A stretch of DNA of 63,939 bases, the filler included, from Octopus bimaculoides (taxonomy: Eukaryota), in NCBI RefSeq assembly GCF_001194135.2. It is 6 parts of 6 records of this genome, joined end to end, with 100 filler letters (N's around TTAATTAATTAA, not from the genome) between each part and the next. Parts side by side here need not be neighbours in the genome. Positions count along the whole stretch, not along the records: positions 47,486 to 58,131 come from NW_026299746.1; positions 58,232 to 60,324 come from NW_026416440.1; positions 60,425 to 62,722 come from NW_026328974.1; positions 62,823 to 63,939 come from NW_026394861.1; 2 more parts are not named here. One strand, written 5' to 3'. The notes beneath the pieces are model-generated. The model was not told the origin of the DNA. It did no database searches and saw only the letters and a program-made list of their open reading frames with translations. Positions 52,569 to 63,767 of this stretch are shown one piece after another. The number at the start of each line of letters is the position of its first letter. Within the stretch, counting starts at the first letter, position 1. The position numbers and the translations under genes are program-made.

Positions 52569-52697
52569 TGGTTTCCCATCGCGCTAGAAATGGGAGTTAA
52601 ATTTCAAACCACGAAAAGGTATTCTTATTTTGGCAAAATAAGAATAGCTTTTCGTGGTTTGAGATCCAAGTCACATTTCTAGCGTGGTGGGAAACCA
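52569..52697. repeat. 129-nt fold-back (near-perfect inverted repeat); MITE-like or hairpin RNA
   Basis: Outer 24-bp arm TGGTTTCCCATCGCGCTAGAAATG / CATTTCTAGCGTGGTGGGAAACCA; inner arms TTCAAACCACGAAAAG / CTTTTCGTGGTTTGAG and TATTCTTATTTT / AAAATAAGAATA; loop GGC. Confidence 0.85.
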
Positions 52698-52817
52698 TTT
52701 AGTGGCTTTCCCTCAGTGTATAACTCTTTTCTAGGCAGTTATATCCACCATTAAATAACTGGTATGTTAATAACAATTCGTTTCATAGTTATAATGCTTA
52801 ATAGAATATATAGTCAC

Positions 52818-53050
52818 AAGTCGGCGAGCTGGCAGAAACGTTAGCACGCCGGGCGAAATGCTTAGCGGTATTTCGTCAGCCGCTACATTCTGAGTTCAAA
52901 TTCGGCCGAGGTCGACCTTGCCTTTCATCTTTTTGGGTTCGATTAAATAAGTACCAGTTACGCACTCGGGTCGATATAATCGACTTAATCCGTTTGTCTG
53001 TCCTCGTTTGTCCCCTCTCTGTGTATCCCCTTGTGTGCAGTAAAGAAATA
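52818..53050 (+). mobile_element. Full-length tRNA-SINE family A with tail type 2
   Basis: Same head, core and tail as 49586-49820. Confidence 0.88.
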
Positions 53051-53112
53051 AGAATATATCTATAAATTCTTTTAGCCAACATTACGACTAATGCAAGCAA
53101 TACGTCTTATAG

Positions 53113-53435
53113 CATAGGTTCACAAAGTGGGCGCTGCCGCGCCCGGTGGGCGTTGAGACGGTCCAGGTGGGCCCTGGTGCCTAAGAGGTGGGTGGAGCAG
53201 TAGAAAAAAAGCAGGCGTTGGGAAGTAGGTAGTGAATTGGGGGACGCTATGAATTATTTTATTATAGTATTGTATACAAATTATATAATATTATATTAAA
53301 TATCAAATGATTCGTGGTATATATAAATTAGTAAAATATAAAATATTTATTTATGCATAAAAATAGAGAAGGGGGCGCTGAGGGTATTATGTGTCCATGA
53401 GGGGAGCAGTGGCCCATATGGTTTGAGAACCTCTG
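53113..53435. mobile_element. hAT MITE
   Basis: TIRs CATAGGTTCACAAA / TTTGAGAACCTCTG; perfect 8-bp TSD TCTTATAG at 53105-53112 and 53436-53443. Confidence 0.9.
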
Positions 53436-53577
53436 TCTTATAGCTAACTAATGTGAGTTGAAACGCACAGATTGTTATTCGCACTTTTAGTGTACACGAA
53501 TATTTTCTTGACGCCTTCTTTATGCTCACATGAATGCACGGTTTTGGCCAATAAATACATAGATATATTCTATTCTA

Positions 53578-53616
<39 letters not shown>

Positions 53617-53951
53617 ACATGTCTGTTATTAATGCCGAACGAAAGAGAAATGTGTTCTCAATATATATAGTGTAGATTATATAGTTTCAATAAAAAAATG
53701 TATATATATATTATTTATACACAGACGCAGACTCTCACACGCACACGCACACGCACACGGACAGATTCACATATACGCAGATAACTATAGACATACGAAA
53801 TATAACGTTGTACGAAAAGCGTACGCAATACATTATTAACGCCTGAGAATTTTACTTTAAGCTCTAAAAAAAAAGCAGATAACCTTTTAATTGAATTATA
53901 TAAATTCATGTTTTTGCCCTTTAAGTTATTCCCCTTAGCTATGTATGTATG

Positions 53952-54001
<50 letters not shown>

Positions 54002-54383
54002 GTGTGTGTGTGTATGTATACGTATGTATATGTGTGAGGATAGACGTATCTCAAAGTATTTCCTGCTTTCAGTACGAACTGTCTCTGCCGGAGGATTGCT
54101 TGTAGGTACGAAACTTACTGTAATGAGTTGTGAAGTGTCTCGTGGTAATAAACACAATAAATTCACTGAACCCGAGGCTCTCTTGTTTCGTTCAATTGGC
54201 TCTTGAATTTGTTTTGTCTGTAGAAATACTTGAATTCACAACGCTATTTCTATCTATCTATCTGTGTATATGTCTGTCTATGTATATATCTGTCTATGTA
54301 TATATCTGTCTGTCGTCTGTCTTACGCAGCAAACTAATCTACCTATTTGCATATCATTCTACAAAATATAAACATGTATACAC

Positions 54384-54690
54384 GGCGCAGCCGTGGCTTC
54401 CCAAACACATGGTTCCGAGTTCAGTCTCACTACATGGCACCTTGGACAATTGTCTTCCACTGGGTTTTGTAGATGGAAACTGTAAGAAGCTCGTTGTATA
54501 TATATTTATTCCAATGTGTCTGTTTCTTGACAACCGATGTTGGTGTGTTTACGTCCCCTTAACAAAGCGTTTCGTGCAAATAGTCCGAGAGAATAAGAAC
54601 TAGGATAAAAGAATTAGTACTGGTTTATATTTGTTCGACTAAAACCTTTCAAGGCGGTGCCCCAGCATGGCCGCAGCCTGATATCTGCAA
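54384..54690 (+). mobile_element. CORE-type tRNA-SINE, degenerate
   Basis: GGCGCAG..CACATGGTTCCGAGTTCAGTC..GGCACCTTGGACAA..GACAACCGATGTTGGTGTGTTTACGTCCCC..GGCGGTGCCCCAGCATGGCCGCAG. Confidence 0.8.
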
Positions 54691-54914
54691 CATCTTAAAA
54701 GTAGACATACATCCATGCATACCCAGGCACCACTCACACACACACATTCGTGTGCGTTCACGTATGTATGCATATATTTGATACTAACATATACGAAATA
54801 GCAACAACATGAACTACAATGCTTGCAACTCTAGCAACGAAATGAACGGGAAACCCAAACAACAATATCAAGTGCTGCAGTGTTGTCGGGAACAAAAACT
54901 ACTTAGAAGCTAAA

Positions 54915-55010
54915 CCCTTTTTTTGCAGGTACTTGATGACAACACGATGCCCTATGTTGTCGTTTTTCCAAAAGGAGTCGCTACTAGTTACTTTTGAACA
55001 GTTAGATGTT
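54915..55010 (-). mobile_element. Short mariner 5'/N-terminal fragment
   Basis: Minus strand NIGHRVVIKYLQKKGLASK resembles the mariner start motif (R.VIKY/F...G); preceded by GCGACTCCTTTTGGAAAA. Confidence 0.5.
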
Positions 55011-55242
55011 AGCATACCTGGAAAGAAACAAGGCAGTTATAATTAAGAAACGTGGAAATTAATGCATGCACAATTTCACAGTTTTAGCATCACTCCTTCA
55101 TAGTCAGCGTATCAGCTTTCTCGTCCACCCTTATACCACCACTACTACTACTACTACTACTACCACCACTACTACTACTGCTGCTGCTGTTGCTGTTGCA
55201 GCTGGCACAACACCACCACCAACAACAACAATAACAAAAACA

Positions 55243-55273
<31 letters not shown>

Positions 55274-56097
55274 ATGATTTTTTAAAATAATGATTTTTAG
55301 ATTTTGGCAAAATTGCTGAGGAGGGGAAAAGTCGATTACATCGTCCCCAGTATTTAACTGGTACATTTTTTTTTTATCAAACCTGAAAGGATGAAAGGCA
55401 ATGTTATCCACCACCATCATCAAAAACGACAACAACTAATACTACGACTACTACTACTGCTACTACTGCCACTACCACTGTCACTATTACTGCTGCTGCC
55501 ACTAGTACTACTACTACTACTTCTACTTTAACAACAACTACTAGGACATTAACAGCAACAAAAGCAGAGATTGAGAACGCCGCAGTACGAATTGCAGGAC
55601 ACTTGAATGGTAACTGGAAGCATGAAACTGCATCATCACCAACTGTAAAGGAGACAAGAGCAACAGCTGCAGTAACAGAGACAGCATAAGCTGCAAAACT
55701 AGTTGCAGGAGATAACTGCAGTGATTGCACATCTTCAACTGCAGCATCAGCAATGCAGTGATATCAACGGCAGTTGCAGTAAAAGTAACGACCGGAAACC
55801 AAGATTGCATATCTAAGATTGTAACATTAGCAATAGTAGCTGCAAGTCTGAGCGTGAATAGAAATGCAGCGAATGCACAACAGAAACACGGTTACAGCTA
55901 AGACGAGAACGGTATCTGCAGCAAATAGAAACGATGAGAACTGCATGACAAACTGCAGGAGAAGACTTCAAGAATACACAGCTGAGATTGCAGCACGCAA
56001 CTATAACATAAAATGCAGCGTTTGTGCAACTGAAACGTCAACAACGATAGCTGCAGCTACAGTTTTTCTTGGCACTCCGTCGCTTACGACGTCGAGG

Positions 56098-56420
56098 ATT
56101 CCAATTGATCCGATCAACAGAACAGCCTGCTCGTGAACCTAACGTGCAAGTGGCTGAGCACTCCACAGACACGTGTACCCTTAATGTAGTTCTCGGGGAT
56201 ATTCAGCGTGACACTGAGTATGACAAGCCTGACCCTTTGAATTACAGGCACAACAGAAACAGGAAGAAATAGTGAGAGAAAGTTGTGGTGGAAGAGTACA
56301 GCAGGGTTCGCCACCATCCCTTAGATGTTTTCGCTCAATTAACACTCACAACGCCAAGTCTGGGAATCGAAACCGCGATCCTATGACCGCGGGTCCGCTG
56401 CCCAAACCACTAGGCCATTG
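56098..56420 (-). mobile_element. tRNA-SINE (tail shared with 61245-61530)
   Basis: TTGATCCGATCAACAGAACAGCCTGCTCGTG..GTGGCTGAGCACTCCACAGACAC..TTTGAATTACAGG and head remnant GGGAATCGAAACC..CCCAAACCACTAGGCCATTG. Confidence 0.75.
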
Positions 56421-56749
56421 TGCCTCCACAACTGCAGTAATAGAAACTGTGAAAGCTTCAACATTAACAACAGGAAACATCTTTTATAATTGCACGCCAG
56501 AGAGGGCTACGTCGGTAGTAGTAGATGCATCTGAATCAAAGACAACAAAATGAATGATTTCACGTCTGCAACTATAAAATCAAATATAATTAACCAAGGA
56601 TACAGCCTCTACGCGGTTGCTTGAAATGCTAGATATAACAGCTAAATTTTCCCTCAAATTAAATGCTCCTGCATCAATAGAAACAAGTTCAAAGTACAAC
56701 TTACATTATTAGCAATTGCAAGAATAGCTATAACATCCAGCATCTAATA

Positions 56750-57194
56750 CAGTGGTTCTTAACCATGGTCCATATAAAACCTGGGAGTCCATATAAAACC
56801 TGGGAGTCCATATAAGATTTCAGGGGTGGTGGTTAGTTGTCCATATAAGATTTCTGGGTGGGGGCAAGTGGTCCATATAAGGTTTCTGGTGGTTCATATA
56901 AGATTTCTAGGGTCCATTTAGGATTTCTGGAGCACCATATACTATTTCGGGGGGGATGGCATATAATATTTCTGGGGCCCATATAAGATTTTTGGGGACC
57001 ATATAATATTTCTGGATGGGTCCATATAATATTTCCGTGAGGTCCATTTAAGATTTCTGGGGAACCATATGCTATTTCGGGTGGGGGGTGGGGGTCCATA
57101 TAATATTTCTGGGGGCCCATATAAGATTTCTGGGGGACCATATAATATTTCTGGGTGGGTCCATATAATATTTTCGTGGGTACCTTAAGCACTG
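56750..57194. mobile_element. hAT-like MITE filled with a ~20-bp minisatellite (CCATATAA(G/T)ATTTCTGGG)
   Basis: Left TIR CAGTGGTTCTTAACC; degenerate right end CTTAAGCACTG; more than 15 recognisable CCATAT-anchored units. Confidence 0.6.
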
Positions 57195-57358
57195 GGCAAG
57201 ACTTCCAGAGACTCTGCTCCCTACTGCAACTTTAATAGCAACATCAACAAGAACGACCAATTGCGACGACCAGCTGCTACCACTTCTTCTGGTCAAGCAA
57301 CTACAATAACAACTACTATTACTACAGCTACTACTGCTATTTACTGCTGCTGCTACCT

Positions 57359-57394
<36 letters not shown>

Positions 57395-59519
57395 ATGCTA
57401 CTAGTACTAATCCTACTACATTCTATATTTCTGCTGCTGTTGCTGCTGTTGCTACTACTACTGCTGCTGCTGCTACTACTACTACTACTACTACTACTAG
57501 TAGTAGTAGTAGTACTACTACTACTCTATTCTATATTGCGCTACTGCTACTACTACCACTGCTATACTGATGCTGCTACTACTACTGCTACTACTACTAC
57601 TAACACCACCACCACTGTTGCTACTACTACTACTACTGCTGCTGCTTCTGCTACTACTACTGCTACACGGCAACTTCAATGATGTGACTACCACAAATTT
57701 ATAGTACGCAACTGTGCTTGCAGCTGATGCTGTTATTGCATCTGCTGCAACCGGCAATAAACAACAATATTTGCACATGTAGTAGTAGTGGTGGTGGTGG
57801 TTTTGTTAGTGGTGATGGATTTGTTGGTGATGTGTGGCGGTGGTTTTTGTGGTAGTGGTAGAGGTTTTGGTGGTGGTGGTGGTGGTGGTGGTGGTGCTAG
57901 TGGTGTGGTAATGGTGGTGGTATTAGTAGTAGCAACATTATGATGAAAATGGATGTAAACAAGAAGGCACTCAGTGCACGATGCTGTTTAGCAATCTGCA
58001 GCGTATGATGTAAACACCGATGTGCACTAGGAACACGCCTTTAACTACAACGCGCGTAGATGCACACTCACCCATGCACGACTATGCAGGCAGACACATC
58101 AATGACTGTGTGTGTATATATATATATATATNNNNNNNNNNNNNNNNNNNNNNNNNNNNNNNNNNNNNNNNNNNNTTAATTAATTAANNNNNNNNNNNNN
58201 NNNNNNNNNNNNNNNNNNNNNNNNNNNNNNNCACACACACACACACACACACACATGTATGTTTGTACGCCTGTGTCTATGTGTACACATGCCTGTGTTT
58301 ATGCACGCGCGTTTTTGATGCTTGTGTGTGTGTGTGCATATCTTCTCAAGAACCTCCATATCACTTTAACAGCTTCCAAAAATATTACCGTGTCGATAAT
58401 ATAAATATTGCAGGAACCGATCTGCCTTTCAATATGGCTTGTGGAGATTAGAGCCATGAGCAAACCATGTCGATATTCTTGAAACCACGTGAATAAATGG
58501 ATGATATTATCAATAAGAAATAGAAACTTAGAAATAAATATTAATCATCACCATATTTTACATGGCTGACGTCATTGTTCCTTTGTCTAGCTTACATATC
58601 TTGCTAGCTCGCTTTTTCCTTCTCTTTTTTCCCTCCTCTTCTGTCATTTTCTTTCTGTTTTTCGTCGATATTTATGTACCTACTGGAGTGTGTATGTGTG
58701 TATGTGTGTGGGTGCGTGCTCATTTGAATCTGTATATATATATATATATACCTATATATATACATACATTACATACATATAGACATACATATGCATATAT
58801 TCATATATATATACATGCATACATACATATATATATAAACATACGTCCATATACATACGTACATGTATATATATGTGTGTATATATATGTATATACATGT
58901 ATATATATGTGTGTATATATATATATATGCATGCATATATATATGCACACACACATATATATATATATATATATACATACATATATATATATATACATAT
59001 ACATATACATACATATATATACACATATATACATATATGTGTGTGTATGCATATGTACACCCCTTAATCGATACAAATATCAACAAAAATATTACATATA
59101 TCTACACTTCTGTATATATATATATATATATGCGAGTATATATACGTAAATCTCTTCTGTCCCTGTATAAATGCGTACATTCCTACATACATGCTTTTAT
59201 ATATGTGTGTACGTATATGTTTACATGTAAGATTGTATTACGTACTTAAGTACGTATGTATATGTGTTTTTGCGTAAATGCGGTAGCAGATGCTACTCAG
59301 TTCTTGATATAGAGAATATTTACTTGGCAACCATCAATGAATTCATATAAATTTTGTACACAGTCAAACACGTGAGATATTTGACTACGATTATTCATAT
59401 TATTTTGAAAAATGAAGGAATGTGCTAGATGAAATTATGTACTTGTAATGCTGTTTCGCTTTGGTTAATTTGAAGCATTTACTGAAACTTTTGTAGGCCT
59501 TTAGACCCCCTTCTATTTG

Positions 59520-59990
59520 CCAATTATAGAGAGATGAAATTCAAGGGTTTGAGCTTCAAGGGCAGTAACTCACGCTGTCACAATCTGATTTTTCATCGCG
59601 ATTTTTAGAACCAAATTCATTGTGTTATAACATCGAGTTTCTTAAAAGTTGAGAAATTTTCATCGAGAAATTACCAATGTTGATGACATTTGGATAATAT
59701 TTGAGATTTCTGGATAAGGAGATAAAGTTTACTTCAATTTCTGGAGTTTATCAGACATGCAATGTTACTGTTCCATGCTTCCAATAATGTATGTTTCAGG
59801 CCTATCAATTATGTTCCATGTTATTAGAAGGCCTACCAATTCCTGATCCCTCAGTCTGCAAACTGATTATGATGGAGGTAGAAAGTTACAGATTGTTTGA
59901 CAGTTGTGCTCTTTGATCTTGGAAGCAATGTTATCCTGTCATGATTAACTGACCTTTACGTTGTTTGAGTTACCGAACTTATGATACTTG
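59520..59990 (-). mobile_element. Degenerate Penelope-like element fragment (linker/GIY-YIG region)
   Basis: Minus strand RFSPTHKYHKFGNSNNVKVS*S*QDNIASKIKEHN corresponds to the PLE motif HFP..H...KIFN.N.VKVSYSC..NI..II..HN, also seen at 44630-44730. Confidence 0.65.
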
Positions 59991-60749
59991 TGTGTCGGTG
60001 AGAAACGCTGTTTCTCCGCAGGCGATGTAATAACTCAATTTTTTTTTATTGTCTAATCCTTCGGTCCCAGAATTTCAGCCATTTGGTATACCCTTCCTTC
60101 GCTCCCACCTACATTTTTATGCATTTATCGACAGCTCGATATATATATATATATCAAGCACATCAATCTCTCCCTATCTAGGGGAGCTTGCAAGGGTCAC
60201 GGGTGGTATCTGCTTCTTCCTGACTGAACCATTAAATGGTAATTTCAGCATTCTCTCGAGCCATCCAACCGTCCGTCCATCCATCCATCCATCCACCCAT
60301 CCGTGCACACATCCATCCATAGCCNNNNNNNNNNNNNNNNNNNNNNNNNNNNNNNNNNNNNNNNNNNNTTAATTAATTAANNNNNNNNNNNNNNNNNNNN
60401 NNNNNNNNNNNNNNNNNNNNNNNNTTTTTTTTCCTTTGTTTTTTTTTATGTTCTTAGAAAAGCTATGATTTTAGTTGATTAACAAACTTTGCCTTTGTAC
60501 AAAATTTGTGGTACCCACAAACTTTAATGCTTTCAATGATTGCCAAGTTTGTCTTGTGAATAACACTGACTCTGCAACCACTGTGAATACACATGGTGTA
60601 ATGCATCTTGAACTTCATAGAATATAGTATAACAAATAGAGGAGCATTATGCTATTAAATATAATATTAATGTGAGATAAAATAGCTTAATGTAGAATAA
60701 TATAGCATTCGATATAATATAATATGATATTAGAGGCAAGTGAAATCAA

Positions 60750-61215
60750 ATCAAAATTGCTGACATGGCCGATGACAGTACTGCTTGATTGGCACTCGTG
60801 CCTGTGGAACATTAAAAGCACATCGTTGCCAGGGCCATGGATTGGCCCCCGTGCCAGTGGCACATAAAAAGCACTATTCGAGCGTGATCGTTGCCAGCGT
60901 CGCCTTACCGGCACATGAAAAACAGCATTCGAGTGTGGTCGCTGCCAGTGCTACTGGACTGGCTCCCATGCAGGTAGCACATAAAAAACACCTTTTGAGC
61001 ATGGTCGTTGCCAGAGCCGCCTGACTGGCACTTATGCCAGTGGCATGTAAAAGCATCCACTATACTCTCGGAGTGGTTGGTGTTAGGAAGGGCATCCAGC
61101 TGTAGAAACTTTGCCAGATCAGATTGGAGCCTGGTGTAGCCATCTGGTTCACCAGTCCTCAGTCAAACCGTCCAACTCATGCCAGCATGGAAAGTGGACA
61201 TTAAATGACGATGAT
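60750..61215 (+). mobile_element. RTE 3' UTR (or RTE-derived SINE) with tandem GCCAGTGGCAC..AAAAGCAC units
   Basis: About five imperfect units, then GGAAGGGCATCCAGCTGTAGAAAC and a tail ending in ATGACGATGATG; similar to 13615-13850. Confidence 0.8.
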
Positions 61216-61244
61216 GATAATAGGCACATCGTCAGTTATGATGA

Positions 61245-61530
61245 TAAGGGTTCCAGTTGATCTGATCAACAGAACAGACTGCTCATGAAATTTAAAATGG
61301 AAGTGGCTGAGTACTCCACAGACATGCATACCCTTAATGTAGTTCTCAGGGATATTCAGCATGACATATAATGTAACAAGGCTGACCCCTTTGAATTACA
61401 GGTATAGCTCATTTTTGCCAGCTGAGTGGACGAGAGTAACGTGATATAAGTGCCTTGCTCAAGGACACAATGTGTCACCAGGAATTCCTGAGCTTATGGT
61501 CATGAATTGAATACCATTAAGCCACATGCT
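61245..61530 (-). mobile_element. tRNA-SINE, near full length
   Basis: GGGTTCCAGTTGATC..CTCATTTTTGCCAGCTGAGTGGAC..TTGCTCAAGGACACAA..CCATTAAGCCACATGC. Confidence 0.8.
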
Positions 61531-61734
61531 TTCACTAATGTAATAAAATGTAATATAATGTATTGCAGGTTGATCAGAGCCATTTGTGTGAAACTTGGGA
61601 ATTGGAAACTGTGTGGAAGCCATTACTTTGTTTTGCAAATGTTGAATTAAACTGGAATAATTGCACTGGTCTGGTAATTTGGTACATACACACATGTGTA
61701 CACACACATGTGTACACACACACACACACACACA

Positions 61735-61960
61735 CACGCCTACACACATAGGTGTATGTGCACACACACACAGACACACCTACACACATAGGTGTATGCG
61801 CACGCACACACACACATAAAGACACACCTACACACATAGGTGTATGTGCACACACACACACACACACACACAGCCACACCTATACACATAGGTGTATGCA
61901 TACTCACATACACACACACACACCTACACACATAGGCGTATGCATGCACCCCCCCACACA
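61735..61960. repeat. Minisatellite of self-complementary ACACCTA-CACACA-TAGG(T/C)GT units spaced by (CA)n
   Basis: Five CCTA(C/T)ACACATAGG anchors are visible. Confidence 0.85.
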
Positions 61961-63065
61961 CACGCACCATGCACAAGTGTGTATAACTACATATATGTTT
62001 TGTTGAGTTATAATTCTTTGTTAAGATACAACTTTGCAAACTTGAATTAAACAGAGACCAATAAATATGTAGGTGACTGGGGTTGATCTGTCCGACAAAA
62101 AACACTTAAAGCTGGAGCTCCAGCATGGCCACAGTCCAGTGACTGAAACCACTAAAAGTGTAATAAACTTGTTCATGAATTAGAGAAGAGTGAAGTTCAA
62201 TTTAGACATGTTTGTTTTTTCTCTCTTTCTCTTATGCATCAGTCCACAAAACAATGAATAATAAATGTGATAATTAAACATTAATAGTTAACATGAAAGA
62301 GAACAGAAGAAGAGTGTCTTCTTGATCTAACAATTTATAAATATTTTTTTAATTCATTGAACCATTCACCTCATTCTATAAGCACAAATTAATTTTGCCA
62401 CCATCTACATTCTGACAACTTGTCACCACCTCTCTCTCTTTCCAGCAACGCCCACCTTTAGATTATGTGAAGTAGTCATGTAACTCCTTTATAGCAAGAC
62501 ACCTGTTTCTGCCCCTATATTATTCTTTAGCCTCTCAACAGGTCTTAACCCACTCAGACCTGGACCCCTGTGTCTAACTTTACCTTCCACTTGAACTCCT
62601 GTGCATAAAAAGAGAAAAAATGTTGTATATCCAGCACAAGAGTAACAATTGCAGACAAATTAATCGACAGAGTGGAAGCGCAATGGCTCAGTGGTTAGGG
62701 CAGCAGACTCGCGGTCATAGGANNNNNNNNNNNNNNNNNNNNNNNNNNNNNNNNNNNNNNNNNNNNTTAATTAATTAANNNNNNNNNNNNNNNNNNNNNN
62801 NNNNNNNNNNNNNNNNNNNNNNATACGTACACAGACAAATATATATCTCTGCATCTAGCCATGTGTGTGTGACTGTGTGTCAGTGTGCATGTGTGAATGC
62901 GTGTAAGTGTATACATGTACGTTTTGCATGCTGTGTTTCTGTGTTGTATGCGGGTCAAACATACGTGTATCTCTTATATCATATTATGAGCCTAATACAA
63001 CAATGCACAGTTGGTGATGTTACTATCCTTGCTGATTTCCACCTGATGCAACTTTCTTGCTCACA

Positions 63066-63607
63066 GCTGCTGCAGTTATGTGGCCAACCAGTCAAAAACG
63101 TCTGCTTACTCACAGTATCTCCCTCCACAACAATCCGTCCAAGAATCCTTATGGTCACACACTGTAAATGAAAGCCATGCTTGTAATTAGCAGGGAACCT
63201 TCTAGCAACTGTAGGCCCTACATGTACTGTGTACAGGCCCAAACACGTGGTTGGGTCCTGGTACTAGTCAGCAAATACTGACCAGCTGCTCTAGGTAAGA
63301 TTTAAGACGACAAAATAATGAGGAATCCACTAAGAGTAATATGAAAGCTAATTCGGTTGACTGTGAGGTAGTTTCTGGCAGTTTCAGTGGGAATCCTGCT
63401 GCTGAGGGTATGTGACCAATCAGTGAAACATTTCTGCTAACACACACCGTCTCCCTCAACAAGAATCCTTCCAAGAACATTTATGGTCACATCACTTAAA
63501 TGAAAACCATACCTGTAATTAGCAGAGAACCTCCGAGCAACTATGGGTCTTAGATATACCGTGTACATGTCCAAACCTGTGATTGAGTTCTAGCATTTGT
63601 CAGCAAA
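63066..63607 (-). pseudogene. Two diverged tandem 210-nt copies (63066-63275 and 63398-63607) with coding-like conservation; product unknown
   Basis: 70-codon gap-free alignment: YTVHVGPTVARRFPANYKHGFHL..VTIRILGRIVVEGD vs YTVYLRPIVARRFSANYRYGFHL..VTINVLGRILVEGD. In-frame stops fall at different positions in the two copies. Confidence 0.4.
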
Positions 63608-63701
63608 TGTTGGAATAATGTTATTGACTATGAGTACGTTCTCCCAGGTTGGATTTCAGATGGTACCCTGATGTTCAGAGGATTTAGCACTGCTGCTGAT
63701 G

Positions 63702-63767
<66 letters not shown>

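Larger units (their letters stand above)
55120..57930. repeat. Low-complexity trinucleotide region: (ACT)n, (GCT)n, (GTA)n, (GGT)n and cryptic GCA/ACA-rich sequence
   Basis: Directly visible; source of the poly-T/V/L/S ORFs. Confidence 0.85.

Noticed and set aside
56833-57192. 119-aa ORF with repeated KYYM/GP motifs
   Set aside because: It is a by-product of the ~20-bp minisatellite inside the hAT-like MITE.
27845-62778. Identical palindrome TTAATTAATTAA at five positions (27845, 47430, 58176, 60369, 62767)
   Set aside because: It is always centred in N44..N44 100-nt gaps and has stops in all six frames, so it is an assembly spacer and not biology.
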